Shown: positions 48,602 through 58,667 of the stretch, piece by piece
How positions within the stretch are numbered: the first letter of the stretch is position 1
Layout of the letters: every line of letters starts with the position of its first letter
NCBI GenBank assembly: GCA_965198225.1
Contig: CBDAOY010000006.1
Span: 864,001 to 928,000 of the forward strand
Length of the DNA: 64,000 nt
Reading direction: 5' to 3'
From: Terriglobia bacterium
GTDB lineage: Bacteria > Acidobacteriota > Terriglobia > 20CM-2-55-15
The notes under the pieces: generated by a model
The model's database searches: none
What the model saw: only the letters and a program-made list of their open reading frames with translations
Told to the model about the DNA's origin: nothing
Program-made: the position numbers and the translations under genes

Positions 48602-49780
48602 ATGAAGCGCTTGTTTTCGCGCCCGGTTGGTCGCGCGGTCTTTCTTCTGCTCATCGTGTCGATCCTTGCCGCTACCGCCGGGGCGCAGCAGAAGCCGCGG
48701 GCCAGGGATCTCGGCGTCCCATTCGACGGGACGCCGGGTCCCTTGAACGCCATCACCGACGTGGCCGGTATACGAGTCGGTCACACCACTTTGATCCGAG
48801 GTGAGGGCGTGTTGCGTGTCGGCGAGGGGCCGGTGCGTACGGGTGTCACGGCGATCCTGCCGCGCGGTGACGATCCCGGGAACCCCGTCTTCGGTGGTTG
48901 GTTTGCGCTCAACGGGAACGGCGAGATGACCGGCACGACATGGGTGGAAGAGTCCGGCTTCCTGGAAGGGCCGATCGCGATCACCAATACGCACAGCGTC
49001 GGCACAGTCCGCGATGCCATCATCGCCTGGCAGGTGCAGAAAGGCACCACGTTCCAGTCTTTCTCGCTGCCGGTCGTAGGAGAAACCTACGATGGTGCGC
49101 TGAACGACATCAATGGCTTTCACGTCGAAGCCGAACACGTCTTTACCGCCCTGGACAATGCATCGTCTGGACCCGTCGCCGAAGGCAACGTCGGTGGAGG
49201 CACCGCCATGCGGTGTCTCGGGTTCAAATGCGGGATCGGTACATCCTCACGGGCTGGGGTGAGTCCGGGCAACTACACCCTAGGCGTGCTGGTGCAGGCG
49301 AACTTCGGCGCCGGCGTGGCCACCATTGCCGGCGTTCCGGTCGGTCGGATCATCAGGGAGGAAGGTGGGGCCGTCGCCGATGCAGCCGAGGATGAGAATG
49401 GGCGCGGTTCGATCATCATCGTCGTGGCGACCGACGCGCCGCTACTTCCTCACCAGCTCAAGAGGATCGCCCGTCGAGCGTCGCTCGGCGTTGCGCGCAC
49501 CGGAGGCATCTCCAGCAACGGCTCGGGAGACATTTTCATTGCTTTCTCGACCGCCAATCCCGGTGCAGCGCGTGGCCGTCCGACGGCCGACATCACCTTC
49601 CTGGGCAACCGTCAAATCAGCGCCCTTTTTGGAGCCACGGTGCAAGCGACAGAGGAGGCGATCATCAACGCCCTGGTTGCCGCGGAGACGATGGTCGGCC
49701 GGGACGGCAACCGCTCCGAAGCTTTGTCGCACGATCTGTTAAGGGAGATCCTGAGACGGTACAACCGACTCATCGAGTGA
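48602..49780 (+). CDS. dmpA: DmpA / peptidase P1 (S58) aminopeptidase with signal peptide
   Basis: PRARDLG, NAITDV, NGNGEMTG, GNVGGGT, G-SIIIVVATDAP autocleavage site, SGDIFIAFST. Confidence 0.9.
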   Translation: MKRLFSRPVGRAVFLLLIVSILAATAGAQQKPRARDLGVPFDGTPGPLNAITDVAGIRVGHTTLIRGEGVLRVGEGPVRTGVTAILPRGDDPGNPVFGGWFALNGNGEMTGTTWVEESGFLEGPIAITNTHSVGTVRDAIIAWQVQKGTTFQSFSLPVVGETYDGALNDINGFHVEAEHVFTALDNASSGPVAEGNVGGGTAMRCLGFKCGIGTSSRAGVSPGNYTLGVLVQANFGAGVATIAGVPVGRIIREEGGAVADAAEDENGRGSIIIVVATDAPLLPHQLKRIARRASLGVARTGGISSNGSGDIFIAFSTANPGAARGRPTADITFLGNRQISALFGATVQATEEAIINALVAAETMVGRDGNRSEALSHDLLREILRRYNRLIE

Positions 49781-49829
49781 GGAATCCCGACCACAACACG
49801 GCCGACAACTTAAACCCACTGGAGTCAAC

Positions 49830-50237
49830 ATGCTTGGAACTACTCAATTCATAACGCTCGAAGCCGCGCAGAAAATGATGGCTGCCGCCGAAGCGGAAGC
49901 GTCTGCCAACAACTGGAATGTCGCCGTCACCATTGTCGATGCAGGCGCCCGCCTCATCATGTTTCAGAAGATGGACGGAACGCAGATGGGAAGCATCGAC
50001 GTGTCGATGGGCAAGGCCAGGACCGCGGCGAATTTCAAACGTCCCACCAAGGCGATGGAGGAAATGATCACCGGCGGCCGCACACCATTCCTGGCGGTCG
50101 ACGGAATCGTTCCCGTGCAGGGTGGAGTGCCGGTCGTGGTCGGCGACGCGGTGATCGGCGCGGTCGGAGTCAGCGGTGTTTCCTCCGCCCAGGACGAGCA
50201 GGTCGCCCTGGCGGCCATCGGCGCGCTCGAAGCCTGA
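49830..50237 (+). CDS. GlcG/HbpS family heme-binding protein
   Basis: VTIVDAG, KARTA, GGVPV..IGAVGVSG..QDE. Confidence 0.9.
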   Translation: MLGTTQFITLEAAQKMMAAAEAEASANNWNVAVTIVDAGARLIMFQKMDGTQMGSIDVSMGKARTAANFKRPTKAMEEMITGGRTPFLAVDGIVPVQGGVPVVVGDAVIGAVGVSGVSSAQDEQVALAAIGALEA

Positions 50238-50276
50238 AGAGGGAATTTTGGAGGGACGGATCCTGCTGAGGAGGGT

Positions 50277-50342
50277 GTAGGTGCGGTCTATGACCGCACA
50301 TTCTTCGAGCCGAAACGATGTGCGCTCATAGAGCGCACATAC
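50277..50342. repeat. GTAG-REP doublet
   Basis: REP-a, spacer, REP-b between convergent genes. Confidence 0.88.
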
Positions 50343-50394
50343 ACCCGAGGTTTCACCCGACCGGGTAAAGATACACGATCGTCCCGACGAGCTT

Positions 50395-52596
50395 CTAGTT
50401 GCAGTAGTCGCTCATCGATCCACTTACTGAATCCGCCGGCGGCAGGGCGGTGACGATCGGCCGGTCTGAGGGTGACAGGAACTCCAGCCAGCAGATCCCG
50501 AAGGGCGCCTGCTCGCCCGAGTGGTCGGCAAGCCAGGCCGCATCGCTGCTCCTTGCATTCATGGCCCGAAGGTCGTAGACGCCCCAGTCGAAGAAGACGT
50601 TCGTGGAGAATCCGATCTGCGTGGCGAGGCTCTCCCCGGCCCGAAAGATCAGACCTGGCGGGAGAAACGTGGTCCGGCTATCACCCTCTTGCGCTGCCGG
50701 CAGCGTGTCGGCGATCTCCTGGAGTCGTGGCGAGAGCACGAAGAGATGGTCGAGGCGGTACATGATCCCGCAGGAGTCGACAAAATCGAACAGGTACTGC
50801 ACGACCCCACCTTCCAGATAGCGTGAAGCGCGCCAGAGTGTGGCGTCGATCGGTGCGTAGGTTTCCACGTCTCGACCCTGGCCCTGGCCGTCGAAGCGGA
50901 GCCCGCCGTGGGGCTTGTAGCTGCCTCGAAGCTGACCGGGGTAGAGGACCGACGTGGCGTTCGACAGCGAGACCGGCATGGGCAGAACGAGAGGGTTCTC
51001 GCAGCTCGGCGGGGTCACCGCAGACGACCATGACGTTCCGTCAAACTGCCAGGTGACCTGGTCGGGCGCGGGCCTGGAGAGCGGCAGGCTCAGCTCTGCT
51101 CCGGTCTGGGAGCGAAACTGGAGTGTACCGATCATCGTTCGATCGGTGGACCCGCTCAACTGTATGAACTGCGTCGTGTAGCCTCCGCCATCTGCCAGAT
51201 GCGGGAAAAACAGTTCGTCGGTGACGTCTGCGGCGGCCTCATCGACCAGCGTGGTCGTCGTGATCAGGAAATCCCCTCGTTCGTTGAGCCGGCTTCGCAG
51301 GCCGACCAGCGCAATCCCGTCTGTCGCAGACGTCGAGATACGAAGCACTCCCTGCAGCGGTGTGGTCAGAGATTCCAGGCCCTGGATCTGGTTCATGAAC
51401 TGAGCGATCTGGCCGTTGCCCGGGACGGTGGCCGATCCGCTCAAACCGGTCGACCCGCCCCCGAGCGTCAACAGTTCAAAGCTCACCGTGGCGCTGCTGC
51501 TCGAAGGGTTTGCGATTGCAATTCCCGTCTGGATGGATCCCCCGTCCGTGTCCGTCGCCTCGGCATAGAGTCGAAATGCCTGGCCGGTCTGTGCGGCCGC
51601 GACGCCAGCCTCCGCGACCGTGACCCCACCACTCTTCAGGGAAAAAACGGCGAGGCCGGATGGGGCCTGCGCGTTTGCCGAGGGGGTCACACGCACCGAG
51701 CCTGCCTGGACCGACGAGCCGGTTCCAGCGGTTTGAAGCCTCTGGGAGCTTCGTCCGGGTATGGTGTAGCTGAACGTCGAGGCGGTCACGCCGTCGATCG
51801 TCATCGACACCGGCTGTGCCGCCGCAGCCCCTGTGCCCTGTTCGAAGAACTGAACGGTACCGGTCAGGGTGCCGTCGGTCGGGTTGACCAGGATGACCTG
51901 GGTGGTCCAACCTCCACCGTCGGCAAAATGAGGGAAGTAGACCGTCTGGCCGATGGCGGCGGAGAGCGGGCTGACCGGCAACGTCGTCAACAGGAATTCG
52001 CCGCGCTCATTCGTGAATCCACGCAGTGCGACCGCGGCAACCGGCACGCTTGAGCTGAAGGTGAATGTTCCGCTGATCGATGAATCTCCATTGAAGGGCG
52101 CTTCGTTGAGGAACGCCGCAATCTGGCCTCCTGCCGTGACAGTCGTCGTACCGGCTCCGAAGCTGGACCGGGTCTGATCCGAAAAATAAAACGTGAGCAC
52201 GGCTTCGGTGCTGCTGGGGTTTGCGATTGCCAGTCCGGTCGTGACCGGCGTGTTCACCTCGGCGTAGATGCGGCCGGAAGAGACCGAAGGTGAAGCCGGA
52301 ACACCCGCTTCGCTGACCAGAATGTCGTTTTGACGGAACCCGAAGATCGCAACACCCGACGGAGTCGAACGTCCGGACCCGGGTTGCATCCGCGCGTAGC
52401 CGACCGACACCGTGTCGGCGTCTCCCCCCGTCGTTTCCGAGTCGGCACCACCGTTGTTGACCAGGAATGCGGCTGAGGTAGCCGATGTGGAGGCGCCTGC
52501 TTGCTGGGCCTCGAGCACACTGGAGGAGGATCCCTGAAAGACCAGAAGGGCGACACCGATGACGACAGCCACACCAGAACGATCGTCGAGTCTCAT
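50395..52596 (-). CDS. Secreted modular protein: tandem beta-sandwich repeats plus C-terminal M23-peptidase-like domain
   Basis: AGGGAG RBS; signal peptide; duplicated TG(L/I)AIANPS...NERG(E/D)FL...FPH(F/L)ADGGG(W/Y)TTQ; C-terminal YKPHGGLRFD...YAPIDA...RLDHL. Confidence 0.7.
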   Translation of the reverse strand: MRLDDRSGVAVVIGVALLVFQGSSSSVLEAQQAGASTSATSAAFLVNNGGADSETTGGDADTVSVGYARMQPGSGRSTPSGVAIFGFRQNDILVSEAGVPASPSVSSGRIYAEVNTPVTTGLAIANPSSTEAVLTFYFSDQTRSSFGAGTTTVTAGGQIAAFLNEAPFNGDSSISGTFTFSSSVPVAAVALRGFTNERGEFLLTTLPVSPLSAAIGQTVYFPHFADGGGWTTQVILVNPTDGTLTGTVQFFEQGTGAAAAQPVSMTIDGVTASTFSYTIPGRSSQRLQTAGTGSSVQAGSVRVTPSANAQAPSGLAVFSLKSGGVTVAEAGVAAAQTGQAFRLYAEATDTDGGSIQTGIAIANPSSSSATVSFELLTLGGGSTGLSGSATVPGNGQIAQFMNQIQGLESLTTPLQGVLRISTSATDGIALVGLRSRLNERGDFLITTTTLVDEAAADVTDELFFPHLADGGGYTTQFIQLSGSTDRTMIGTLQFRSQTGAELSLPLSRPAPDQVTWQFDGTSWSSAVTPPSCENPLVLPMPVSLSNATSVLYPGQLRGSYKPHGGLRFDGQGQGRDVETYAPIDATLWRASRYLEGGVVQYLFDFVDSCGIMYRLDHLFVLSPRLQEIADTLPAAQEGDSRTTFLPPGLIFRAGESLATQIGFSTNVFFDWGVYDLRAMNARSSDAAWLADHSGEQAPFGICWLEFLSPSDRPIVTALPPADSVSGSMSDYCN

Positions 52597-52622
52597 GAAC
52601 AACTCCCTGTTAGAGAGGAAAC

Positions 52623-52645
52623 GTGCGCTCATAGAGCGCACCTAC
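52623..52645 (-). repeat. Single REP-b
   Basis: GTGCGCTCATAGAGCGCACCTAC. Confidence 0.8.
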
Positions 52646-52816
52646 ACTGCGCGCTCAAAAGCATTCGGACACGCCACCCATAACGGGCAAAACTTAAGTT
52701 TAGCTGCGTTGACACGGCCAACCGTCACCCTAAAAATCCTGTCCGCCCCTGCCTGCTTGCAATTCCGCGACACGAAGGGCAGGCTATGGAGGTCATCAAC
52801 ACTCGGAGATTAAGCC

Positions 52817-54484
52817 ATGGACAGACTCTCTCCCCTCATAGCCCTGGGCCTACTGCTGGCCGGTTGTGGCGCAACCGAACCTCGCGATGGGCCCCCGGTA
52901 ATCCCCGCCGCCGGCGGAGAGCCCCAGTACGGTGGAGAACTCATCTACGCGATGGCTGCCGAAACCTATTCGCTGTTCCCGGGCCGACAACCGAGCTCGA
53001 CCGCCCACGACGCCTGGCTCTACGCGCTGGAGGGCCTGGTCGAGATCAACGAGGACAATGAAATCATCCCGTGGCTTGCCACGAGTTGGGAGATTTCCGA
53101 GGATGGGCGCAACACCACCTTCCGGCTGCAGGAGGGGGTGACGTTCCATGACGGAACACCCCTGAACGCCGAGGCGGTCGCCTTCGTGTTCAACGAAGCG
53201 CTGGCGAAGGACTTTATCTATGTCCACATGCTCGAAGGGCTGGAGGAAGTCACTGTCGATGATGAATTCACCGTGACGTTCCGTTTCGAGAAGCCCTTCG
53301 CGGCATTGCTTTCGAATCTTTCCCACCGGTCCATGGTGGTCTTCAGCCCGAGGGCCTACCGCGAAAACGGCGAGGATTGGATGGCCACCAATCTCGTCGG
53401 CACCGGTCCATTCATCCAGGAAGAGCTGGTTCGCGGCGAGTACCTGAAGTACCGAAAGAACGAGGACTACTGGCAGGAAGGGAAGCCCTACCTGGATCGT
53501 GTCACAATTCGGATCGTGACGGACGTTTCGGTCCGCTCCGCCATGCTGGAGGCGGGCGAGGCCGATCGAACCGTTTTGATCAATGACTTCGACATCCCTC
53601 GCCTGCGTGCCGACGAGCGTGTCAACGTTCGCGTGATACCCAGTACACGCCAGTACTACGTCGTGCTCAACCACACCGTGGCGCCGCTCGACAACCCGGT
53701 TGTACGGCAGGCCTTCAACTACGCCATGGACAAGGAGGGCATCGTTCAGAGCGTCTTTGCGGGCACGGGCGCCCTCCTGTCGAAGGCTCCGGTTCTTTCC
53801 GAGGGCGTCGTGGCCTTTACAGACATGCGGCGGCCCGGTGAAAACACCATCTTCGCCTACGACCCGGACAGGGCCCGCAATCTCCTGGAGAGTGCCGGCT
53901 TCATCGACAGGGATGGTGATGGCGTGCTCGAAGACGCGCAAGGGAGTCCTCTGCGGCTGAGCTTCTGGTCTCCGAGGGCGTCGGCGAAAGGGGACGACAA
54001 GGTCGCCCAGCTCGTTCAGAGCATGCTCGGCGAGGTCGGTGTCGACGTCGAGATCCGCTTCTGGGAGAATTCGGCGTTCGGGTCCGCCACCAACCTGGGG
54101 CCCGAGGACGCCCAGTACGAGATGGCGCTGCTCTCCTGGGGCATTCCGACCGCGGATCCCGACGAGCCGATGATGATGATGACCTACAGCAAGGCCTGGA
54201 AGCCGATCGGCGCGAATCGGATGTTCTACGCCAGCGAAGAGGTCGATCGGCTCACCGTGCTCGCCCATCACGAGGTCGATCCCGTCCGGCGAAAGGAGTA
54301 CGTGCGTTTCTGGATGGAGGAGCTCCTCGAGGACGCCCCGATCATCTTCCTCCCGACGCTGGCTCTGAATCTGGCCACACGGTCCTACGTTCACGGCGAC
54401 AGGATCCTCGCGATCGATCAGTACCCGGCTCGTTTTGCGTGGATCGATCAGGCGGAGAAGGAGCGCCAGGGAGTGAGGCGCTGA
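52817..54484 (+). CDS. Peptide/nickel ABC transporter substrate-binding lipoprotein (family 5)
   Basis: Lipobox LAGC; LATSWEIS; FHDGTPLNA; VGTGPF; VRQAFNYA. Confidence 0.92.
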   Translation: MDRLSPLIALGLLLAGCGATEPRDGPPVIPAAGGEPQYGGELIYAMAAETYSLFPGRQPSSTAHDAWLYALEGLVEINEDNEIIPWLATSWEISEDGRNTTFRLQEGVTFHDGTPLNAEAVAFVFNEALAKDFIYVHMLEGLEEVTVDDEFTVTFRFEKPFAALLSNLSHRSMVVFSPRAYRENGEDWMATNLVGTGPFIQEELVRGEYLKYRKNEDYWQEGKPYLDRVTIRIVTDVSVRSAMLEAGEADRTVLINDFDIPRLRADERVNVRVIPSTRQYYVVLNHTVAPLDNPVVRQAFNYAMDKEGIVQSVFAGTGALLSKAPVLSEGVVAFTDMRRPGENTIFAYDPDRARNLLESAGFIDRDGDGVLEDAQGSPLRLSFWSPRASAKGDDKVAQLVQSMLGEVGVDVEIRFWENSAFGSATNLGPEDAQYEMALLSWGIPTADPDEPMMMMTYSKAWKPIGANRMFYASEEVDRLTVLAHHEVDPVRRKEYVRFWMEELLEDAPIIFLPTLALNLATRSYVHGDRILAIDQYPARFAWIDQAEKERQGVRR

Positions 54485-54521
54485 GTCACGCCGCTTGCCG
54501 GGGACCCGGAGAACTCCATAC

Positions 54522-55442
54522 ATGCTGAGACTGATTCTCGGCAGACTGCTCTTCATGGTGCCGGCGGGTCTGCTTCTGGTGACCTTCCTGTTCGGTCTCT
54601 TCCATATCATTCCCGGCGATCCCGCCCTGTTGCTCGCCGGCGACAACGCACCGGCGGAGGTCGTCGAAGCGATCCGTGAAGCGTACGGCTTCAACAGGCC
54701 GTTACCCGTCCAGTACGCGACCTACATGGCGAAGGTTCTGCAGGGGGACCTCGGCGTCTCGAACTACTCCCGCGAGCCGGTCACGTCTCTGATCTTCCCG
54801 CGGGTCGTGAACACCGCCCAGCTGGCGTTCTGGTCGACCGGACTGGCGATGATCGTCAGCCTGATACTGGGCTGCACATCGGCCATGTTCTGGAACACGA
54901 AGATCGACAAGGCCGTAACCGTCATCGCTCTGCTCGGCATCTGTACCCCGGTGTTCGTTTCGGGACTCTTCGCGATCTTCATTTTTTCGGTCCAGCTCGG
55001 CCTGCTTCCCACCGGAGGCCTGAGCTCGTGGAGGGGATTCATCCTGCCCGTGATCACCCTCGGCTCCTTCGAGGCAGCCGTCCTGACGCGAATGGTTCGC
55101 TCGACAATGGTCGACGCGTTGGGTTCCGACTACATCCAGACCGCGCGAGCCAAGGGAGTGGCCGAGACCGTGGTCGTGTTCAAGCACGCGCTCCGGAACG
55201 CGCTGCTCCCCATCATCACACTGTTCGGGTTGGGTTTTGGCGCCACGTTGGGTGGCTCTGTCGTCACCGAGACGATCTTCACATGGCCGGGGTTGGGTCG
55301 CATGATGGTGGATTCCATCCTGACCCGGGACCTGCCCGTCACGCAGGGCGCTTTGCTTCTGTTTGCCCTGATGTTCATCGCCGTTAACCTCGTCGTCGAC
55401 GTGCTCTACGCATACGTTGATCCTCGAATCACGTATGACTAG
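54522..55442 (+). CDS. Peptide ABC permease (DppB/OppB-like)
   Basis: IPGDPA, GDLGVS, DYIQTARAKG, KHALRNA, YAYVDPRI. Confidence 0.93.
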   Translation: MLRLILGRLLFMVPAGLLLVTFLFGLFHIIPGDPALLLAGDNAPAEVVEAIREAYGFNRPLPVQYATYMAKVLQGDLGVSNYSREPVTSLIFPRVVNTAQLAFWSTGLAMIVSLILGCTSAMFWNTKIDKAVTVIALLGICTPVFVSGLFAIFIFSVQLGLLPTGGLSSWRGFILPVITLGSFEAAVLTRMVRSTMVDALGSDYIQTARAKGVAETVVVFKHALRNALLPIITLFGLGFGATLGGSVVTETIFTWPGLGRMMVDSILTRDLPVTQGALLLFALMFIAVNLVVDVLYAYVDPRITYD

Positions 55443-56271
55443 CTTCCTCCGTCGTTTCAGCCGCGACAGGGTCGGCGTGGTCGCCGCATTCGTGCTGCTG
55501 GGATTGTACGTCGTTGCTCTTACGGCTCAATGGATAGCGCCGTACGACGCGCTGGCGACGAGTCTGCGCGAAGTTTTTCGGCCGCCCTCGATCGAGCATC
55601 TCCTCGGCACCGATCAGTTCGGACGCGATGTCCTGTCCCGCGTCATTTTCGCCACACAGGTCACCGCCAAGATCAGCGCCGCCGCAATCCTGCTGGCCCT
55701 GGCGCTCGGTACCGCCGCGGGAATGTATGTGGGATACGTCGGCGGCCTTGTCGAGTCCCTGGTGATGCGGCTGACCGACATCATGTTGATCTTTCCAACG
55801 ATCATGCTCGCCATCGTGATCGTAGCCATTGCCGGGCCGTCCGAGGGCGGCGTCATCGTCGCGCTGGCGCTGTCACAGGTCCCAAAGTTCATCCGTATCG
55901 CTCGGGGTGTCACGCTGTCGGTCAAAGAGGAGCTCTACGTGGAAGCCTCCATCGCGGTAGGGGCCGGTCGGTGGCACATACTTCGCGGTCACATCTGGCC
56001 GAACATTTCCTCGCCCATCATCGTCCAGGGAACTCTAACGCTTCCGGTCCTGGTTCTTTCGGCATCGGCGCTGAGCTTCCTCGGCCTGGGAGTCCAGCCG
56101 CCGACGCCGGAATGGGGAGCCATGCTGAATGAGTCCAAAGACTTTCTCCGCACGTCTCCGTACCTGATCCTCGGACCCGGCATCGCCCTGTTTCTGTTCG
56201 TGCTCGCGTCCAACCTGGTCGGTGATGCCCTGCAGGAAGCGTTGAATCCGCGCCTGGAGGGCCGGAGGTGA
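55435..56271 (+). CDS. Peptide ABC permease (DppC/OppC-like)
   Basis: HLLGTDQFGRDV, LSFLGLGVQPPTPEWG. Confidence 0.93.
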   Translation: MTSFLRRFSRDRVGVVAAFVLLGLYVVALTAQWIAPYDALATSLREVFRPPSIEHLLGTDQFGRDVLSRVIFATQVTAKISAAAILLALALGTAAGMYVGYVGGLVESLVMRLTDIMLIFPTIMLAIVIVAIAGPSEGGVIVALALSQVPKFIRIARGVTLSVKEELYVEASIAVGAGRWHILRGHIWPNISSPIIVQGTLTLPVLVLSASALSFLGLGVQPPTPEWGAMLNESKDFLRTSPYLILGPGIALFLFVLASNLVGDALQEALNPRLEGRR

Positions 56272-57293
56272 TGCTAGTGCCAGCTCCTGAGCCGCTGATC
56301 CAGGTCAAGGAGCTCCGGACCTACTTCCACACGGAAGATGGCGTCGGGCGTGCGGTCGATGGCGTCAGCTTCACCATTGCGCCCGAGAAAACGCTCGGCG
56401 TGGTCGGCGAAAGCGGATGCGGCAAGTCCGTCACCGCCCGTTCCATCATGAGGCTCATCCAGCCGCCCGGGCGGATCGAGTCCGGCGAAATCCTCTACTC
56501 GAGAAACGGCGCCCTCACCGATCTGGTCCGGCTCGATCCCAGGGGGCGCACCATTCGTGCCATTCGGGGCAACGACATTGCGATGATCTTCCAGGAACCG
56601 ATGACGTCGCTGAACCCCGTGTTCACGATAGGCGACCAGATCATCGAAGGCATTCTCCTGCACCAGGGAGTGAGCCGAAGCGAAGCCCGGCGGAGAGCCA
56701 TCGAAATGCTGGAGGCGGTCGCGATTCCGTCGCCGAGGCGGCGCATCGACGAGTATCCTCACCAGCTTTCGGGCGGGATGCGCCAGCGAGCGATGATCGC
56801 GATGGCGCTGTCGTGTAATCCGTCCCTGCTGATTGCCGACGAGCCGACCACGGCGTTGGACGTCACGATCCAGGCTCAGGTTGTCGACCTGATGCGGCAG
56901 CTGCAGCGGGACTTCAAGGCGGCGATCATGTTCATCACCCATGATCTGGGCGTCGTCGCCGACATCGCGGACGATGTCGTCGTGATGTACCTGGGAGAAA
57001 TCGTCGAACGGGCGCCCGTGCGGGAGATATTCCATAATCCCAAGCACCCGTACACCCAGGGTCTGATGGGTTCCCTTCCTTCGCTCACACTCCCGCGCAA
57101 GCAGAGACTCCCGGCGATCGAGGGTAACGTCCCCAGTCCATTCTCCCTCCCAGGAGGCTGCCGCTTTGCGCCGCGCTGTCCCCACGTCATGGATGTCTGT
57201 CGAGGCCGCTCGCCACGCCTCACCGATGTCGGACCTGAACACCAGGCCGCCTGCTATCTCCATGAACCGGCGATGGGGGCGGAGGGATCATGA
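56271..57293 (+). CDS. Peptide ABC ATPase (DppD/OppD-like)
   Basis: [27 protein letters not shown] and C-terminal Cys cluster. Confidence 0.93.
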   Translation: MLVPAPEPLIQVKELRTYFHTEDGVGRAVDGVSFTIAPEKTLGVVGESGCGKSVTARSIMRLIQPPGRIESGEILYSRNGALTDLVRLDPRGRTIRAIRGNDIAMIFQEPMTSLNPVFTIGDQIIEGILLHQGVSRSEARRRAIEMLEAVAIPSPRRRIDEYPHQLSGGMRQRAMIAMALSCNPSLLIADEPTTALDVTIQAQVVDLMRQLQRDFKAAIMFITHDLGVVADIADDVVVMYLGEIVERAPVREIFHNPKHPYTQGLMGSLPSLTLPRKQRLPAIEGNVPSPFSLPGGCRFAPRCPHVMDVCRGRSPRLTDVGPEHQAACYLHEPAMGAEGS

Positions 57294-58333
57294 GACCGGC
57301 GGAAGAAACGCTGCTGGAGGTCAGGAACCTCAAGAAATCGTTTCCTGTCCGAAAAGGGCTGCTGCGACGAGTCGTAGATCAGGTCCGGGCGGTCGACGGT
57401 GTGAGCTTCACCATCGGTCTGGGCGAGACGCTCGGCCTGGTTGGGGAAAGCGGATGCGGCAAGACAACGACAGGACGGGCTGTTCTTCGGCTCGTCGAGC
57501 CCACCGAAGGAGATGTCGTTTTTCGGAGCCGAAGGCACGTCCGAAAAGGAGAGTCCTACAGGGAGATCGACGTCGCGGCCGCGACAGCAGACCAGATCAG
57601 AGCACTGCGCCGGGACATGCAGATCATCTTTCAGGACCCGTTCTCTTCGCTCAACCCGCGGATGAGCATCGGCGATATCGTCGCCGAGCCTCTCAAGGTG
57701 CAGGGCCTGTCGAGCGGACAGGAACGTCGCGATCAGGTCGCCTATTTATTAGAGGCGGTCGGTCTGACCAGAGACCACACGAAGCGTTATCCGCACGAGT
57801 TTTCCGGCGGACAGCGACAGCGTATCGGTATCGCGCGCGCCCTGGCTCTCAACCCGCAGCTCATCATCGCCGATGAACCCGTCTCGGCTCTCGACGCGTC
57901 GATACAGGCGCAGGTCTTGAATCTGCTGATGGACCTCCAGTCGGAACGCGGTCTCTCCTACCTGTTCATCGCACACGATCTATCCGTCGTCCGGCACATC
58001 AGCGATCGGATCGCCGTGATGTACCTGGGCCGTCTGGTGGAGCTGACCGAAACGGACGAGCTGTTTGCCAACCCGCTGCACCCCTACACCGAGGCGCTCA
58101 TGTCGGCCGTACCCGTCCCCGATCCCGACCATCGGGCGGATCGCATCATTCTCAGCGGCGACGTGCCGAGCCCGGTGGATCAACCGTCCGGTTGCTACTT
58201 TCACCCTCGATGTCGCTACGCGGAGGATGTTTGCAGGACCCAGACACCGTCCTACAGCGATGTCGGCGGCGGCCACTACGTTGCCTGCCATCTGGCCGAT
58301 TCCCTGAGTCTACGCCCGCTAAAGACGAACTGA
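57290..58333 (+). CDS. Peptide ABC ATPase (DppF/OppF-like)
   Basis: [29 protein letters not shown]. Confidence 0.93.
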   Translation: MRPAEETLLEVRNLKKSFPVRKGLLRRVVDQVRAVDGVSFTIGLGETLGLVGESGCGKTTTGRAVLRLVEPTEGDVVFRSRRHVRKGESYREIDVAAATADQIRALRRDMQIIFQDPFSSLNPRMSIGDIVAEPLKVQGLSSGQERRDQVAYLLEAVGLTRDHTKRYPHEFSGGQRQRIGIARALALNPQLIIADEPVSALDASIQAQVLNLLMDLQSERGLSYLFIAHDLSVVRHISDRIAVMYLGRLVELTETDELFANPLHPYTEALMSAVPVPDPDHRADRIILSGDVPSPVDQPSGCYFHPRCRYAEDVCRTQTPSYSDVGGGHYVACHLADSLSLRPLKTN

Positions 58334-58437
58334 GTCGTGCTGTCGGTGGTTCCTTGTCCAAAACAGCCTTTCGCGGACGTGGGTTGATGCCTGTGTGGGG
58401 GAACTGGACCAAAAACCCGACGGATTTTCAAACCTCA

Positions 58438-58492
58438 AATCTGCAATGAGCAACCTACAATGTGGACTCTTTCAAATATCGCAATTTGCGAT
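58438..58492 (+). repeat. AT-rich ~55-bp repeat, second copy
   Basis: Near-identical to 45186-45240. Confidence 0.75.
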
Positions 58493-58555
58493 CGCACGGA
58501 TGGAGAGTTCCGCCTAATCGCAGATTTGGGCCCGGATAGTACCGGCATGGTAAGT

Positions 58556-58621
58556 GTAGGTGCGGTCTATGACCGCACATTCTTCGAGGCGAAACATTGT
58601 GCGCTCATAGAGCGCACCTAC
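58556..58621. repeat. GTAG-REP doublet
   Basis: REP-a, spacer, REP-b between convergent genes. Confidence 0.9.
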
Positions 58622-58667
58622 ACCTGAGCCTCAAGTTTCGCTTGTCGCCGGCACCGAGACCTAGCGG

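Noticed and set aside
52596-52641. Longer N-terminus of the secreted protein (start 52641)
   Set aside because: The extension is read from a REP; RBS and signal peptide support 52596.
3245-58621. REP doublets as a CRISPR array
   Set aside because: Copies are dispersed and inverted, the spacer is conserved rather than unique, and no cas genes are present.
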